Source: Octopus bimaculoides (taxonomy: Eukaryota). Taken from it: a stretch of DNA of 64,000 bases. A program made the translations under genes and the position numbers. This document shows positions 62,648 through 64,000 of this stretch, piece after piece. The stretch is from assembly GCF_001194135.2 (NCBI RefSeq), contig NC_068981.1, forward strand, positions 33,709,646 to 33,773,645, in the 5' to 3' direction. The notes beneath the pieces were generated by a model that was given only the letters and a program-made list of their open reading frames with translations, was not told the DNA's origin and did no database searches. Within the stretch, counting starts at the first letter, position 1. Each line of letters opens with the position of its first letter.

Positions 62648-64000
62648 CTGGAAAACAATAGAGATACACACTAAGTTATAGCAATGTATTAAATGTTGGA
62701 AAATTGTGTGTATGCTGAAAAGATGCTTACACATGTTGCAGTCACATTATATCATCCATTCATTTGAATCATCATCATTTGATGCTCACTTTTCCATGTT
62801 TGCATGGGTCAGATAGAATTTGTGGCAGACTTTCTATGACAGGATGCCCTACCTGTTGTGAAACCCCACTTGTTTCCAGGCAAGGTAATATTTCTTCATA
62901 GCCAGACTTGTTTTTCGTAGAAGATTGGAAATGAATACTGCTTGTATGACAGTGAAGCTCATTTACAACCATTATATGATGTCAAAACACACACACACAC
63001 GATGGGCTTCTTCCAATCTCTGTCAACTAAATCCACTCACAAGACTTTGGTTGGCACAGAGCCATAGTAGAAGACATATGAATGAATGATGTAATGTTAG
63101 GTGAAGTCCAGGTTATATAGAAGATGGTCTTAAAAACCAGTCATAAAAAACCATACCAAAAACACGCACACCACATCAAAGTTTGAGGAATTTCTGTGTG
63201 CATCAGATGATGAAGGATTGAGAAGCTGAGACTGTCCAAACCACACTAGTATGGAAAAACAGGTGTTAAGTGATGATGATGATGATAATGAATTAAGTGT
63301 TGTGAGGTAATGTGAGCCTATGAGGAATGATGAAGAAAAGTGGAGTGGGAACAAGACCGAGAACAAAAGAAAAACTAAAGGCAGATAGTGTATAGAGCAG
63401 ACAGAATAATAGTAATCTCAGAAAGAGTAGAAACAAAACTGAACTAGATAAGATATTAGTAAGCTGGATCACATAGTGACACACATAAATATGCTATTCT
63501 GTAGTTCTGTCCAAACAATGCCAACATGAAGGTAGTCCTAGATACACTATGTCTGGATAAAAGGCATGAGGGTCATGACTATCTTCATTACAGTTTGTTT
63601 AACGTCCACTTTCCATGCTAGCATGGGTTGGACGATTTGACTGAGGACTGGCAAGCCAGAAGGCTGCACCAGGCTCCAATCTGATCTGGCAGAGTTTATA
63701 CAGCTGGATGCCCTTCCTCATGCCAACCACTCCAAGAGTGTAGTGGGTGCTTTTACCTGCCACCGACACGAGAGCCAGTGATACGGTACTGGCAACGGCC
63801 ACGCTCAAAAAGGTGTTTTTTACGTGCCACCTGCACGGGAGCCAGTCCAGCGGCACTGGCAATGACTTCGCACAAATGATTTTCTAACATGCCACCAGCA
63901 CAAGTGCTAGAAGGCAACGCTGGTGACAATTACTGTAATTAGAAAATTGAGTAATGGGGTCTAAACATCCTTTATCCAGTAGGTCAGTACTTTGTCAATT

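Noticed and set aside
40781-63862. Recurrent ORFs containing LAEFLQLDALPNANHSESVVGAF
   Set aside because: Reverse reading of SINE family B; repeated because of repeat copies, not a gene family
62648-64000. Next upstream WDR46 exon
   Set aside because: No frame resembling the preceding LxFLPxHFLL segment was found; presumed outside the window
1-64000. CRISPR arrays, rRNA genes, prokaryote-style operons, non-canonical (GC-AG or AT-AC) introns
   Set aside because: No regularly spaced repeat-spacer arrays or rRNA-like sequence; all called introns are GT-AG

Overview
Eukaryotic, AT-rich, repeat-dense draft-assembly window with seven N-gaps. The SINE/MITE/microsatellite content looks like a cephalopod (Octopus-type) genome; this is an inference, not a database match. 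Two spliced protein-coding genes are well supported. (1) A complete QTRT1 (queuine tRNA-ribosyltransferase catalytic subunit, eukaryotic TGT) on the + strand: 9 coding exons at 26150-53278, 405 aa, all GT-AG introns, with a 15.5-kb first intron. (2) The 3' seven coding exons of WDR46/UTP7 (SSU processome WD40 protein) on the - strand at 62647-53726; its 5' part lies beyond the window. The genes converge, with stop codons about 450 bp apart and two opposed AATAAA hexamers only 18 nt apart. No protein-coding gene could be identified in the first 26 kb. That part is mostly decayed transposons (R4/Dong-like and HERO/NeSL-like RLE LINEs, RTE and other LINE remnants, a full-length mariner fossil, piggyBac-type and other MITEs, several SINE families), plus CpG-retaining islands near 11.7-12.9 kb and 24.9-25.97 kb that may mark an unannotated transcript. 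Most interesting unexplained structures: a tRNA-headed retroelement carrying a Penelope-type minimal hammerhead-ribozyme motif and an inverted 5' copy (49.4-49.7 kb); the putative bidirectional poly(A) site; several near-perfect fold-back hairpins; a consensus-like cryptic donor in QTRT1 exon 4; and a possible divergent transcript from the QTRT1 promoter. All homology calls come from motif recognition by eye and need database confirmation.
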